IMG/VR virus record: IMGVR_UViG_3300037883_000122
Coordinates: 34,775-98,774 of that record
Length of the DNA stretch: 64,000 bases
Origin: a virus
Strand: one strand, 5' to 3'
In this document: positions 38,729-48,075 of the stretch, piece after piece
How the letters are laid out: the number at the start of each line of letters is the position of its first letter
Position numbering within the stretch: position 1 is the first letter of the stretch
Made by a program: the position numbers and the translations under genes
The notes under the pieces: generated by a model
Seen by the model: the letters and a program-made list of their open reading frames with translations, nothing else
Database searches by the model: none
Told to the model about the DNA's origin: nothing

Positions 38729-39517
38729 ATGAGCAATCAAATTCGATTCGCGTGTACGTCGCTCGCTGCATCGAACAAAGCAGGAGTCTTGAAGAAGGAC
38801 GACGCTGGCTACTACGAAATGGTGGTCGGGGCGTTGAACATCTTCAACTCGGTCGGCCAGTACTATGTGTACGAGCAGGCCCGCGATCTGTTCGAGAGCT
38901 CGAGCACTTTCATGCGACGTGTGAAGCGCGGCGTGCTGCGCGGTGAGTTGGGTCACCCCAAGCCACTGCCTGGCATGAGCGAGGAGCAGTTCGCCCAGCG
39001 CGTGATGTCGATCTACGAAGACAACGTGTGCTGCCACCACAAGGAAGTCTACCTGGACTTCGATCGAGTGAAGGATGAACACGGCCAGCCCGTGATCGCC
39101 ATCATCTCGAAGGTGTACCCGTCGGGTCCCCATGGTGAGCAGCTCAAGCGTTCGTTGGAGAATCCGAATGAGAACGTCTGTTTCTCGATTCGGGCCTTCA
39201 CCGATGACTTCATGGATCGTGGAACGTGCAAGCGGATTCTGCGCACGATCGTGACGTGGGATCAGGTGCTGGAACCCGGTCTGGCGGTGGCTGAGAAGTT
39301 CAAGGCCCCGGCACTGGAAAGCAATCCGATCATGGCTCCGGTAGGCGATTACGATCACCTCTTTAGCCGTGGCACGCTGGAGCGCTCCATGCGTCAGAGT
39401 TCGCGCTTTGCGATGGAGTCTGCGGCCGTGCTCACCGGTCAAGAACTGTTCCAGTCGATGGGCTGGGATCTGTCCGAGACCAAGGGCATGAAGAAGCCTG
39501 CCTTCCTCGAGTGGTAA
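38729..39517 (+). CDS. Prohead maturation protease (phiKZ gp175-like, T4 gp21 family)
   Basis: GELGHP, catalytic H, FSIR serine motif, TWDQVLEPG. C-terminal ALE and AME putative self-cleavage sites. Confidence 0.88.
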   Translation: MSNQIRFACTSLAASNKAGVLKKDDAGYYEMVVGALNIFNSVGQYYVYEQARDLFESSSTFMRRVKRGVLRGELGHPKPLPGMSEEQFAQRVMSIYEDNVCCHHKEVYLDFDRVKDEHGQPVIAIISKVYPSGPHGEQLKRSLENPNENVCFSIRAFTDDFMDRGTCKRILRTIVTWDQVLEPGLAVAEKFKAPALESNPIMAPVGDYDHLFSRGTLERSMRQSSRFAMESAAVLTGQELFQSMGWDLSETKGMKKPAFLEW

Positions 39518-39524
39518 ACCACTT

Positions 39525-39560
39525 GCGTAGCCCCAGGGGGAAACCTCTGGGGTCTATGCC
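39525..39560 (+). terminator. Hairpin followed by CTATGCC
   Basis: ccccagggg/cctctgggg stem after the protease stop codon. Confidence 0.65.
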
Positions 39561-39588
39561 CGAAATTCGCACGATTCAAAGATTTGAT

Positions 39589-39601
39589 AGACATATATCA
39601 C
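39589..39601 (+). promoter_or_regulatory. Early promoter AGACATATATCAC
   Basis: Matches the 17545 motif at 12/13 positions. Heads a non-structural gene island. Confidence 0.65.
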
Positions 39602-39712
39602 TAACCAGAGCTGAATACAAAACCGGGTCAAACACGTAAAATAATTACGTGCGTACCTACTGCTATGCGATAGCTATATCGCGCTTTTAAACGAGGAAAC
39701 TTTCGAGGCAAC

Positions 39713-40225
39713 ATGGAAAACATCATCCTGACATTCAAGGATCAGCAGTACCCGCTCGCTAAGGTGGCAGCCAAAGGCAAGTCGGGTCCTCCCGTGGAAG
39801 TCAAGTTGTCGGAGCTTAAAGACTTCAACGATGCGCTGTTTGACCTGGTCAAGTTGTCCAAGGATTCGCCGGAGTACGACAACGGCGCGATCATCTTCTT
39901 CAAGCACGAAGGCAAGTACATTCTCTTTGGTGGTAAAGAGAATGCGCTGAGCCAACTCGCCAAGGGCAAGGTCGTGCTCAAGGGTCACCTGCTCACCAGC
40001 TTTGCGCTCAAGAGCGTGCGGATCGAAAAGCCGATTGCGGAATCGGTGAAGGTCCAGGCAGTCGAGCAGTTGGCCAACAAGTTTAACTCGTCGCCGCGCC
40101 CGGCTCCCCGGACGTACGACAACAAGACGCCGCGGACTTACGGAAGCAATGACCGTAGTGCTCCGCGACAAGCTTCGGGAAACACGCTGCATGCCCGAAG
40201 TGGTGGTAACCGCAGCGGTTCTTGA
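39713..40225 (+). CDS. Hypothetical basic protein
   Basis: GAGG SD, Arg/Ser-rich disordered tail. Confidence 0.7.
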   Translation: MENIILTFKDQQYPLAKVAAKGKSGPPVEVKLSELKDFNDALFDLVKLSKDSPEYDNGAIIFFKHEGKYILFGGKENALSQLAKGKVVLKGHLLTSFALKSVRIEKPIAESVKVQAVEQLANKFNSSPRPAPRTYDNKTPRTYGSNDRSAPRQASGNTLHARSGGNRSGS

Positions 40226-40295
40226 GCTCAAGGACTTTTGTAGCAAACCTCACGCAGTACAAGCCATTCTCTAAACTGATAAACAAGGAAGCATC

Positions 40296-40757
40296 ATGAG
40301 CGACATCAAGCAAGCAACGACCGACCTGGCAGCCAAGATCAAGAAAGAAATCAAGATCGACGCGAAGACCGGCCAGGCAACCGTGCCCGACGAACTGTAC
40401 GTGACCCTGCTGCCGGAAGGCGTGACGAAGGAAGTCGTGCAAGCCATCGACGATCACAACACGCTGTTCGGCGCGGCGGCCTTCCTGGCCCTGGGCGAAG
40501 CAGCCCTGCCGCAGATCAAGAAGCACAAAGATCTGAACGAAGTCAACATCTCGATCCCGACAGTCGGCAAGTCGGCGTTCAAGGGCGTGTTCGAACGCTC
40601 GTCGCAAGTGCGCGCACCGGGTGCGACCGAATCGACCACGAAGTACGGCACGGGCGCGATGAAGCTGGACTTCTACGGCGGCGCTCAGCACCGCGGCGAA
40701 TTCAAGAAGGTGCGCGATCACCTGACCGACCAAGCTGCATCGCTGCTGGCTGACTAA
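40296..40757 (+). CDS. Hypothetical protein, likely highly expressed
   Basis: AAGGA SD, extreme C/G-ending codon bias, followed by a terminator. Confidence 0.8.
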   Translation: MSDIKQATTDLAAKIKKEIKIDAKTGQATVPDELYVTLLPEGVTKEVVQAIDDHNTLFGAAAFLALGEAALPQIKKHKDLNEVNISIPTVGKSAFKGVFERSSQVRAPGATESTTKYGTGAMKLDFYGGAQHRGEFKKVRDHLTDQAASLLAD

Positions 40758-40790
40758 ACGTTCGGCCGCTGGCTGAAGGCAGTTGAAGCA

Positions 40791-40833
40791 CTCCTGGGGC
40801 CTTCGGGTCCCAGGAGGTTATATTCCTTTTTTT
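40791..40833 (+). terminator. UUCG hairpin terminator
   Basis: ctcctggggcc-TTCG-ggtcccaggag, then a T7 run. Confidence 0.75.
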
Positions 40834-40854
40834 CCGTCGTTACAGAGAACAGCC

Positions 40855-41631
40855 GTGGAAACTCGTAAAGAAAACGTACAGTTGATCGTCACTTTGAATC
40901 AGAAGGGCCAGCCGGTTTACGTAAATGGTGCTCCGGCGCTTTTAGAGGCCTCTCTACGCCGTTTGCGGAACATCCTGAAGGGTCAGGTGCTCCATTGCGA
41001 GGACGAGGCGTATAGCCTCTGTAAATCGTTCCATGCTGCGCCGCACCTGCTCGACATGAATGGCAGCCACATCGACGACATCTCGAAGCTCTATCGTGAA
41101 GACAACTGGAGCTACATGCACGACGAAGGTGGTCTGGAGATCGGGCACTTCATGGTCGACTACGCAGGCAGCATCATCAACCTGTACGGCATGAAGTCGA
41201 TGTTCATCGCCCGTGGTTTCGTGAGCCGGATTCACATCGCTCAGTACCATGACGAGAAGGCACCGCCGACACAAGCCGAACTGTCGGAACATACGCCGCC
41301 TGACAGCGTGCCGCTCACCCCGGTGTTCCTGGAACATAACGGCTACAAGCTCGAATCATCCGACTGGGAAACCTTGCCTCATCGTGCTGGAGGACCGACC
41401 TGTGCAAAAATCCGACACACTGTCTGGCGACACAAATCCGCCGGAACGCCCGTTCCACTTTTTCTTGTGGACAATACAACTTGGCCAGTGGCGTCTGCTA
41501 AACGCGACATCGCTCGACGCGGACAAGAACTCAACATCCCCCAACCCAAACCCGCCGCTGAACCCAAGCGAGGCAGCAGCACAGAACAGCTCGACGAAAT
41601 CACCGGCTACCGCCGACCCGTCTGGGGCTGA
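40855..41631 (+). CDS. Degenerate DHFR-fold protein
   Basis: Secondary-structure pattern colinear with DHFR (VQLIVTL...VSRIHIAQY...HTVWRHK), but the catalytic motifs are lost. GTG start inferred. Confidence 0.45.
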   Translation: METRKENVQLIVTLNQKGQPVYVNGAPALLEASLRRLRNILKGQVLHCEDEAYSLCKSFHAAPHLLDMNGSHIDDISKLYREDNWSYMHDEGGLEIGHFMVDYAGSIINLYGMKSMFIARGFVSRIHIAQYHDEKAPPTQAELSEHTPPDSVPLTPVFLEHNGYKLESSDWETLPHRAGGPTCAKIRHTVWRHKSAGTPVPLFLVDNTTWPVASAKRDIARRGQELNIPQPKPAAEPKRGSSTEQLDEITGYRRPVWG

Positions 41632-41989
41632 TCGTCTGGCAGGTCGGGACGTCGATCACATCAAGCTGATCGATACCACGGCAAAGTCTGGGGTGGCTGC
41701 GTTTGCACCGGACTGGGAGAACGTGAAGGCGTACAAGGAAGGACGGCTCAATGAGCAGTCTTATACCGAACTGTACGAAGACAAGATGGTGGAGTCACGT
41801 GACATGCATCGCGCAGTGTGGGATCGGCTCTCGATCTATCCCTACTCGGCGTATGCGTGTTACTGTGCTGCGGGTGTCTTTTGCCACCGACATCTTTTCG
41901 TGCAGCATGCCAAGACGCATCTGGAATCCATGGGCTGGCGGGTCCGACTCATGGGTGAGATCACCAAAGACCACTTCGAAAAACCTTAG
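41465..41989 (+). CDS. DUF488-like protein overlapping the upstream gene (start uncertain)
   Basis: IDTTAKSG..AFAPDW...Y...Y...ACYC....FCHRHL. N-terminal WTIQLGQWR lies in the overlap. Confidence 0.65.
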   Translation: MWTIQLGQWRLLNATSLDADKNSTSPNPNPPLNPSEAAAQNSSTKSPATADPSGADRLAGRDVDHIKLIDTTAKSGVAAFAPDWENVKAYKEGRLNEQSYTELYEDKMVESRDMHRAVWDRLSIYPYSAYACYCAAGVFCHRHLFVQHAKTHLESMGWRVRLMGEITKDHFEKP

Positions 41990-41998
41990 AGAAAAACA

Positions 41999-43396
41999 AT
42001 GCCGTTCGTAAAAGAAGAAACGCGGGCACTGGCCCGGATCGTGACCATCGACGAAATCAAGCCGATCAAGAAAGCCGACCGCCTCGAGATTGCTGTCGTG
42101 GGTGGTTGGGAATGTGTGGTCGCCAAAGACTTGTACAGGGTTGGTGATCTCGCTGTCTACTTCGAGATCGATGCAGCTGTTCCGCTTGATAGTCCGGTCT
42201 GGGGTGACTTCGATAAGAAGTACCTGCTGGTGAAGAAGGACATGGAAAACGGCGAGAAGGAATACGCCGTGATCAAGACACTCAAGCTGCGCTCAACGCT
42301 CTCGCAGGGTCTGCTTATGCAGATCAAGAACCTGGACTACCTGGGTAGCAAGATGGCGGCGCTTTCGCCCGACATGGATATCACGCGCGATCTCGACGTC
42401 ATGAAGTACGTGAATCCGGTCGAGTACAAGCAATACCTGCGTCGACTCGCTGAAGAGTCGGGTGCCAACGGTGGTCGCAACACCAACAGCTGGTGGTGGA
42501 AGCTGCGCATGCGTTTGATCAAGGGTATCCTGGTCGACGGTCTGCAAGACTTCCCGCGCGGTCACGTGAAGTCCGATGAAGAGCGTGTGCAGAACCTGAA
42601 CAAGGAATACGCACGGCTGGTGGAAGAAGGTGACGACTGGGAAGGTTCGGTCAAGCTCGATGGCGAGTCGGCGATGGCCTATCAGGATCTGGACAACGGC
42701 TCCATCGGTCTGGCTCAGCGCAACTTCTCGCTGCGTACGGAATCCGTGCCTTACACGCGCAAGGAATCGTTCCGCGTCTACCTGTCAGACTGGATGCGTT
42801 TCGTACCGCGTCGTCTGCGTGGTGGTGCCTGTCCGGTGCCGACCTGGAAGACCGAGTACGATCCGAAGTGTGTGCCGCTCGTGCGCTGGATGATCAACAA
42901 CGACATCCCCATCAAGCTGAAGGCGCTCAACAAAGCGCTGATGATGGACGTGTCGGTTGCCAAGGGTATCGGGTTGGAATTCGCCCATGGCAAGATCGTC
43001 GCAATCCAAGGCGAAATGGTTGGTCCGAGCTTTAACGGTGACGCAGAGGGTTTTCCGGTCAATCAGTTCTTTGTGTACCGCGCCTACGGCAATGGTACCT
43101 ACCGGTTCACGCCGGATGAAACCAAAGCGATTGCCAAGTACCTGGAGCTAACCTACATCCCGGTTGATCCGAAGCTCGAACGCGTGAAGTTGCCTGCGGA
43201 GATGAAGGAACTGCTGAAGTGGGCGGATGGTCCGACAGCACTCTGGGCGAACCCTGCCAAGGATGCGCCGGGCAAACTGCGCGAGGGTCTGGTGATGAAG
43301 AACCACGTCACCGGTCAGTCGTTTAAGGTCATCTCCAATAAGTGGCTGGAAAACCAGCCGCTGGAAGAAGACGAAGCCGAAGTCGAAACAACCTAA
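41999..43396 (+). CDS. RNA ligase, DRB0094/Rnl5-like
   Basis: N-terminal OB domain (ADRLEIAVVGGWECVV...VYFEID), motif I KLDG, QGEMVG, REGLV, SFKVISNKWL. Confidence 0.88.
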   Translation: MPFVKEETRALARIVTIDEIKPIKKADRLEIAVVGGWECVVAKDLYRVGDLAVYFEIDAAVPLDSPVWGDFDKKYLLVKKDMENGEKEYAVIKTLKLRSTLSQGLLMQIKNLDYLGSKMAALSPDMDITRDLDVMKYVNPVEYKQYLRRLAEESGANGGRNTNSWWWKLRMRLIKGILVDGLQDFPRGHVKSDEERVQNLNKEYARLVEEGDDWEGSVKLDGESAMAYQDLDNGSIGLAQRNFSLRTESVPYTRKESFRVYLSDWMRFVPRRLRGGACPVPTWKTEYDPKCVPLVRWMINNDIPIKLKALNKALMMDVSVAKGIGLEFAHGKIVAIQGEMVGPSFNGDAEGFPVNQFFVYRAYGNGTYRFTPDETKAIAKYLELTYIPVDPKLERVKLPAEMKELLKWADGPTALWANPAKDAPGKLREGLVMKNHVTGQSFKVISNKWLENQPLEEDEAEVETT

Positions 43397-43410
43397 TACA
43401 ACTGGAGTCA

Positions 43411-43590
43411 ATGATGCGATTGAGCGTAGTGAGCGATGTAGTCAAGCTGTATCCCGGTTTGGCTGATACCAACGGAAGTAAGCGTTGGCTGGTGTTTCAC
43501 ATTGAGCTGCACAAGAAGTACCGGCTCGGCTGGGCCACCTTGACTGACATGCGCTTCATGGCTGAATGCATAATTGGCGCTGGGATGTAG
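43411..43590 (+). CDS. Small hypothetical protein
   Basis: GGAG SD before ATG 43411. Confidence 0.5.
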   Translation: MMRLSVVSDVVKLYPGLADTNGSKRWLVFHIELHKKYRLGWATLTDMRFMAECIIGAGM

Positions 43591-43603
43591 TCGTTGAATC
43601 GAC

Positions 43604-43640
43604 GGCATAAGACGGGGACCTTCGGGTCCCCGTCTATGAC
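43604..43640. terminator. Bidirectional hairpin GGCATAA-stem(UUCG)-TATGAC
   Basis: 10-bp perfect stem gacggggacc/ggtccccgtc at a convergent junction. Confidence 0.75.
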
Positions 43641-43668
43641 GTTCTTTCTTTTTTGGCCTAAATCAGGC

Positions 43669-44586
43669 TTAGAACGTAACGGTCGCGGTGAGCGTGTCCG
43701 AACCGGTCAGACCGGAACGAACCAGATCAGCACCAGCAGCCGTGTCCAGCACGTTCTGGTTGTAGCTTGCGCCAGCAGCCTGAACGTCAGCCGCGATCTG
43801 GTCAACGAACGGAGCACGTTCGTACGGATTCGCGCCCGTGATGTTGATGCCGTTGAGCAGCATCTGGCAGAATGCGTCGACACCCAGACCGAACTGGGCG
43901 ATACCGGCGAATTCCACGTCGTAGGCCACGATTTCGCCACCGGCGTTCAGGTCGCGCTGACCCGTCACTTCGCCCGAGCTCTTCGGGAACATGTTCGTCA
44001 CCAACCAGGACTTGTTGATCTTGGTGTGGGTCGGATCGGGTTCCAGGAACGCGACGGTCATCGTGTAACGGTCCGGCAGCATGTCCGTCACGTTGTTGCC
44101 CGCGATCGTGTTGATCGAGGCGACCTTCGAGTTCGGGTCCATGATACAGTACTGAATCCAACCGCGCAGGAAGCGGTTGATCGGCATACCGTACTTTTCG
44201 TTCCAGCGGAACTGCGGCTGGGAACGGCTTTCCTTCACGTCCGTGAATTCTTCCTGGACTTGACCACCACCGCCGACGGGGTTGCCGTCGACCGTGTCCA
44301 CCGTGAGGGTGGATTGCAGGCCGGTGATCGAGAGCGGGTGCAGCTCGACCAAGGCGCGCAGCGTACCGACCCAGTAATCCGGGTTCGGCAGATCCGAGAA
44401 AGCGGTCGGTGCTTCGACCAGCAGCGCGATCAGGTTGCGGCGAACGTACGCTTGGTTACCGACCCATTCGGTCAGGTCCGGTGCGTAACCCATCTGACCC
44501 GAGAACTGCAAGTCAGCGATGGGAATGTTCACGCCTTGCCCGAACGCATAGCCATCGGGCATCAGCGTTTGTGCGATACGGCTCAT
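43669..44586 (-). CDS. Tail tube protein (phiKZ gp30-like)
   Basis: Directly downstream of the sheath gene. WNEKYG and FLEPDP...WLVTNMFP motifs. Confidence 0.82.
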   Translation of the reverse strand: MSRIAQTLMPDGYAFGQGVNIPIADLQFSGQMGYAPDLTEWVGNQAYVRRNLIALLVEAPTAFSDLPNPDYWVGTLRALVELHPLSITGLQSTLTVDTVDGNPVGGGGQVQEEFTDVKESRSQPQFRWNEKYGMPINRFLRGWIQYCIMDPNSKVASINTIAGNNVTDMLPDRYTMTVAFLEPDPTHTKINKSWLVTNMFPKSSGEVTGQRDLNAGGEIVAYDVEFAGIAQFGLGVDAFCQMLLNGINITGANPYERAPFVDQIAADVQAAGASYNQNVLDTAAGADLVRSGLTGSDTLTATVTF

Positions 44587-44667
44587 GTAAAACTCCTGTT
44601 CTTAAAGGCTAACAGCTGAATGGATTGTGACTGCGCAGGAGGTGTGAGCCCCCTGCGCCTTATGCCG

Positions 44668-46806
44668 TTAGGCCGCCACTTGCTGACCCGGCGTGGTGGT
44701 GAGATCCGTCGCGCGGTTAGCCTGGATGATGAGCGTCTGCACCGTCGGCATGTTGTTCGCGTAGATCTGCAGCATCAGCGTCCAGCTGTAGCCACGGGCC
44801 TGGTCCGCATCCGTGTAGTACGTCTTCGGGATGATGGTGAACCGGCTGTCGAAACGCTGGTTGGTCTGGTTAATCGCTTCCTTGTTCACGCGGTCGACCA
44901 GCTGGCTCTGGGTGAGCTTGCTGTTACCCGAGAACTTCTTGCGGATGCGTTCGCCGACCTTTTCCAACTCCACACAACCCATGGCTGTGAAGAAGCTGGT
45001 GAGCACCGACGTGTCGTTGTTGTACACCGTCTTGAACGCCGGGAAGTAGTACGAACGACGACCGTACGCTTCCACCCAGACGAGGCCGTTGTCCCAGTCC
45101 TGGTTGCGAACCGTAGCAGGCGTGAACACAACGTTGATGTCGGTCATCAGCGTCACTTGGTTCAGCGGGTCTTGGTCGAACGAATTCGCCGACTTCCACA
45201 CACCGTCACCCGAACCCATGTAAGCCGCGGCCTTCGCTGCGAACTCGATGGTCATCGGCAGACGCTGGTTGTACGTGCTCGAGATGAGCGTACCCGAACG
45301 ACCGATGATCATGCCGCGCATCGTAGCCGTACCGAAGTAGTCCGACTCCGGATACATCTGCAAGCGCGTACGCAGTGCGATCGCCAGTGCCGACTCTTGT
45401 GCTGCCGTGAGCGGCGTGATGGCGTTGGCCACCGTATCGTGCGTGGCGAGCACGACGAACGTGTCCTTGCGCACCGAGATGAACTGGCACAGATCGTACT
45501 TCGTCTGCAACGGGAAGCCCGTGTCGTACATGATCGACTCGGGATACGTCGCCATGTCCTGCAGATACGAGTTCGGATCGGCGTAGCCAGCCACTGCAGC
45601 CGACACCAGCGTCGCGAACGACAGGTCGCTCATCGTACCGTCGCCACCGCCCGATGCGTACACCGTGGTGTTCTCGGTGAAGCGCGTTGCGTTACCAGCG
45701 GACGTGATCACCTGGAAGGTGTGGTACGGCACGTTCTGCGAGCTCACGCCCGACAGGAAGTTGAACAGCCACTGTTCGTTGGCAGCGCCCGTGAAGTCAC
45801 TGAACGAATCTGCGTGCGGGAATTCCGCCGCGTAGAACTGTTGCAACAGCGTGGCGATGTTCGCGTCGTAGACACGCAGCACACCAAACGGACCCCAGGT
45901 CGGCGGGTTGCCGCCTTGTGGGTTCAGGTTCTGGTAAGCCTGGATCAGACGGTCGCCGATGTACAGCTGTTGCGTCGTGTTCTTGTCGATGGTCTTCGGC
46001 TTGAACGTCAGGTCGTAGTACTGCGAACCGTCGTTGCCTGCGACCACTGCTGCCGTGCCGCTGTCCGAAGGCTTCTGCGCGAACGCGAAGCGGAACGGAT
46101 AGACACCTTCGTCCGTGATGTACGAGTCGTTGATCGGCGTGCTCGAAGCCGACGTCGGAGCCCACATACGGAAGCCGTTCCAGTTGCCTGCTGCGCCGAC
46201 GTGCGACACTTGCAGGTCCATGATCGGGTAACGCGTCGATTGGCCACCTTGCCCGTCGGTGAGATCACCCACGACTTGCGTACCAGCGCCGACCAACGAG
46301 TTGCCGTCTTCATCCGGCTGGATGTACTGCGTGACCCACTTGACTTGGAAGCCAGCGAGGGTTGCACCCTGGCCAGTTACCGGCACGGGGTCGCCGTTCG
46401 TGTCGAGCTTGATCGAGCCGTCGGCATTACGAACGTAGTCCGTAACTTGCGTGCCCAGCACGTCCAGATACACGCGCAGGTTTGCACGCGGCGCGGCATC
46501 CGCCGGGATCACGCGCTCCACCATGTACTGGTTCGCGGCCGGGTTCAGCGCGTTGACCACCAGAGCCGTCTGGTGGTTGAAGTACGGCTTGAGCGGATCG
46601 AACGTGTCAGCGCCGAACATTTGCGTCGCCGAATCACCTACGACCAGTTGCGGCTGGTTCGGGCCAGGGCCAGTCTGTGCGTACAGATAGACCTTCGCCA
46701 GGTGAGTCGGAAGGGATTCCGGAGTCGGAACCAACGCTCGGGTGCTGTTATCTTGCACACCGAGGAAGTTCGTCATCGGAGCGGCGTTGATAATTGCATT
46801 CGCCAT
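44668..46806 (-). CDS. Tail sheath protein (phiKZ gp29-like)
   Basis: 712 aa. INAAP...G.QD.S, YDTGF, YPESDYFGT, PAFKTVY motifs. Strong codon bias. Confidence 0.87.
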   Translation of the reverse strand: MANAIINAAPMTNFLGVQDNSTRALVPTPESLPTHLAKVYLYAQTGPGPNQPQLVVGDSATQMFGADTFDPLKPYFNHQTALVVNALNPAANQYMVERVIPADAAPRANLRVYLDVLGTQVTDYVRNADGSIKLDTNGDPVPVTGQGATLAGFQVKWVTQYIQPDEDGNSLVGAGTQVVGDLTDGQGGQSTRYPIMDLQVSHVGAAGNWNGFRMWAPTSASSTPINDSYITDEGVYPFRFAFAQKPSDSGTAAVVAGNDGSQYYDLTFKPKTIDKNTTQQLYIGDRLIQAYQNLNPQGGNPPTWGPFGVLRVYDANIATLLQQFYAAEFPHADSFSDFTGAANEQWLFNFLSGVSSQNVPYHTFQVITSAGNATRFTENTTVYASGGGDGTMSDLSFATLVSAAVAGYADPNSYLQDMATYPESIMYDTGFPLQTKYDLCQFISVRKDTFVVLATHDTVANAITPLTAAQESALAIALRTRLQMYPESDYFGTATMRGMIIGRSGTLISSTYNQRLPMTIEFAAKAAAYMGSGDGVWKSANSFDQDPLNQVTLMTDINVVFTPATVRNQDWDNGLVWVEAYGRRSYYFPAFKTVYNNDTSVLTSFFTAMGCVELEKVGERIRKKFSGNSKLTQSQLVDRVNKEAINQTNQRFDSRFTIIPKTYYTDADQARGYSWTLMLQIYANNMPTVQTLIIQANRATDLTTTPGQQVAA

Positions 46807-47102
46807 TTCGCGATTCCTTAGTTGAATGGTATGGTTTCGAAGACGATGCTAAACATCCTGGCGTCCTCTGGTGAGGCTGACCCTATCCCTCCATTCAGTT
46901 GGTCAAAACACCAGCCTGCAGGAAAATGTCAGTCATAAGTATTTAAAATTTATTGCGCCGAGGGTTGCTACGCGAGGTCAACAAGAGCGCTGAGAAACAG
47001 CATGTAGCTGCTCGAGTAAAAATCGCCATAGGATGGCGGTAAGTTTTCACACGAATCACACACAATCTTCCGGTCTTAGGACCCAACTACCTGGGATGAA
47101 CC

Positions 47103-48035
47103 ATGAGTATTTTCCGTTCGGCCTACGATACCAAGGCCTGCGAGGGCTTTGCAGTCGACAAGCTTCTCAGTGAAATCAAGAAGTCGATGACCTTGGGCTG
47201 GCTGAGCCCGGTGCCGGATACGTCGATTTTGCGCATCGACGGCAGCGATACGCTCTCTTCGAGCATCCCGTCGTTCATGCATCCGATCGTGATCGAGACC
47301 CAGTACGAAGGCGGTCAATCATCCTTCATACAGCTCGCGATCGACGCACGTCCCTACGGTAAGTGGGACCAACACCAACGTCAGTTCGCAGTGCGTAATG
47401 GCATCGAGTACGACCTGCTGGTGTTCCGGGCGAAGCTCAATTCGATCTGGATCAGTCATCCGGCTCAGATCCTGCGTGATGTTTCGCCGCTGCCGATGAG
47501 CGTGTTCTGCTCGTGGATCAGCGAGAACGTAGCACGTCGGTTTGCGCTCGATCCGGCTGAACAGATGAAGCTGGCGATCCTGTCGGGCTTGCTGTATCAG
47601 TCGAACTTCACCGACATGCAGGACCTGGTCGAGCGCGACAAGCTGCGCATGGTCCAGTCGATCGTGAAGGCAACGCGTGCCAATGCACAAGACGTGCTCG
47701 ATGTGCTGGATCAGTTCACGGCACCGTTGTCCGGCATCAAGGAGTTCTGCACACGCGCTCAGGAAGTCACGGGCTCAGTGCGTTTGAATGACCTGAACGT
47801 CGGCGTGCTGATCGGCATTCTCGGCAAGACGTGGTACAGCGCCAGCGCGGCTGAGCTGCTCTTCGTGGCGCTGGAACATCCGCCGACCTGGCTCGCGATC
47901 ATGATGGCAGCTGCCCAGGAGCGGACTTTCAAGAACTCGCAAATCACGAAGATCGCTGAGCGTCAATCCACGGCTGCCAACAAGCAATTCGCGACGGCCC
48001 TGGTGAACCTGGTCAATGTGACGTCGGGCAAGTAA
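47103..48035 (+). CDS. Conserved structural/assembly protein (phiKZ gp28 position)
   Basis: Divergent from the sheath gene, first gene of an operon. Confidence 0.6.
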   Translation: MSIFRSAYDTKACEGFAVDKLLSEIKKSMTLGWLSPVPDTSILRIDGSDTLSSSIPSFMHPIVIETQYEGGQSSFIQLAIDARPYGKWDQHQRQFAVRNGIEYDLLVFRAKLNSIWISHPAQILRDVSPLPMSVFCSWISENVARRFALDPAEQMKLAILSGLLYQSNFTDMQDLVERDKLRMVQSIVKATRANAQDVLDVLDQFTAPLSGIKEFCTRAQEVTGSVRLNDLNVGVLIGILGKTWYSASAAELLFVALEHPPTWLAIMMAAAQERTFKNSQITKIAERQSTAANKQFATALVNLVNVTSGK

Positions 48036-48075
48036 GAACTATCGCCCCACACGGGGCGAGCCACCTGAGGCAGAT

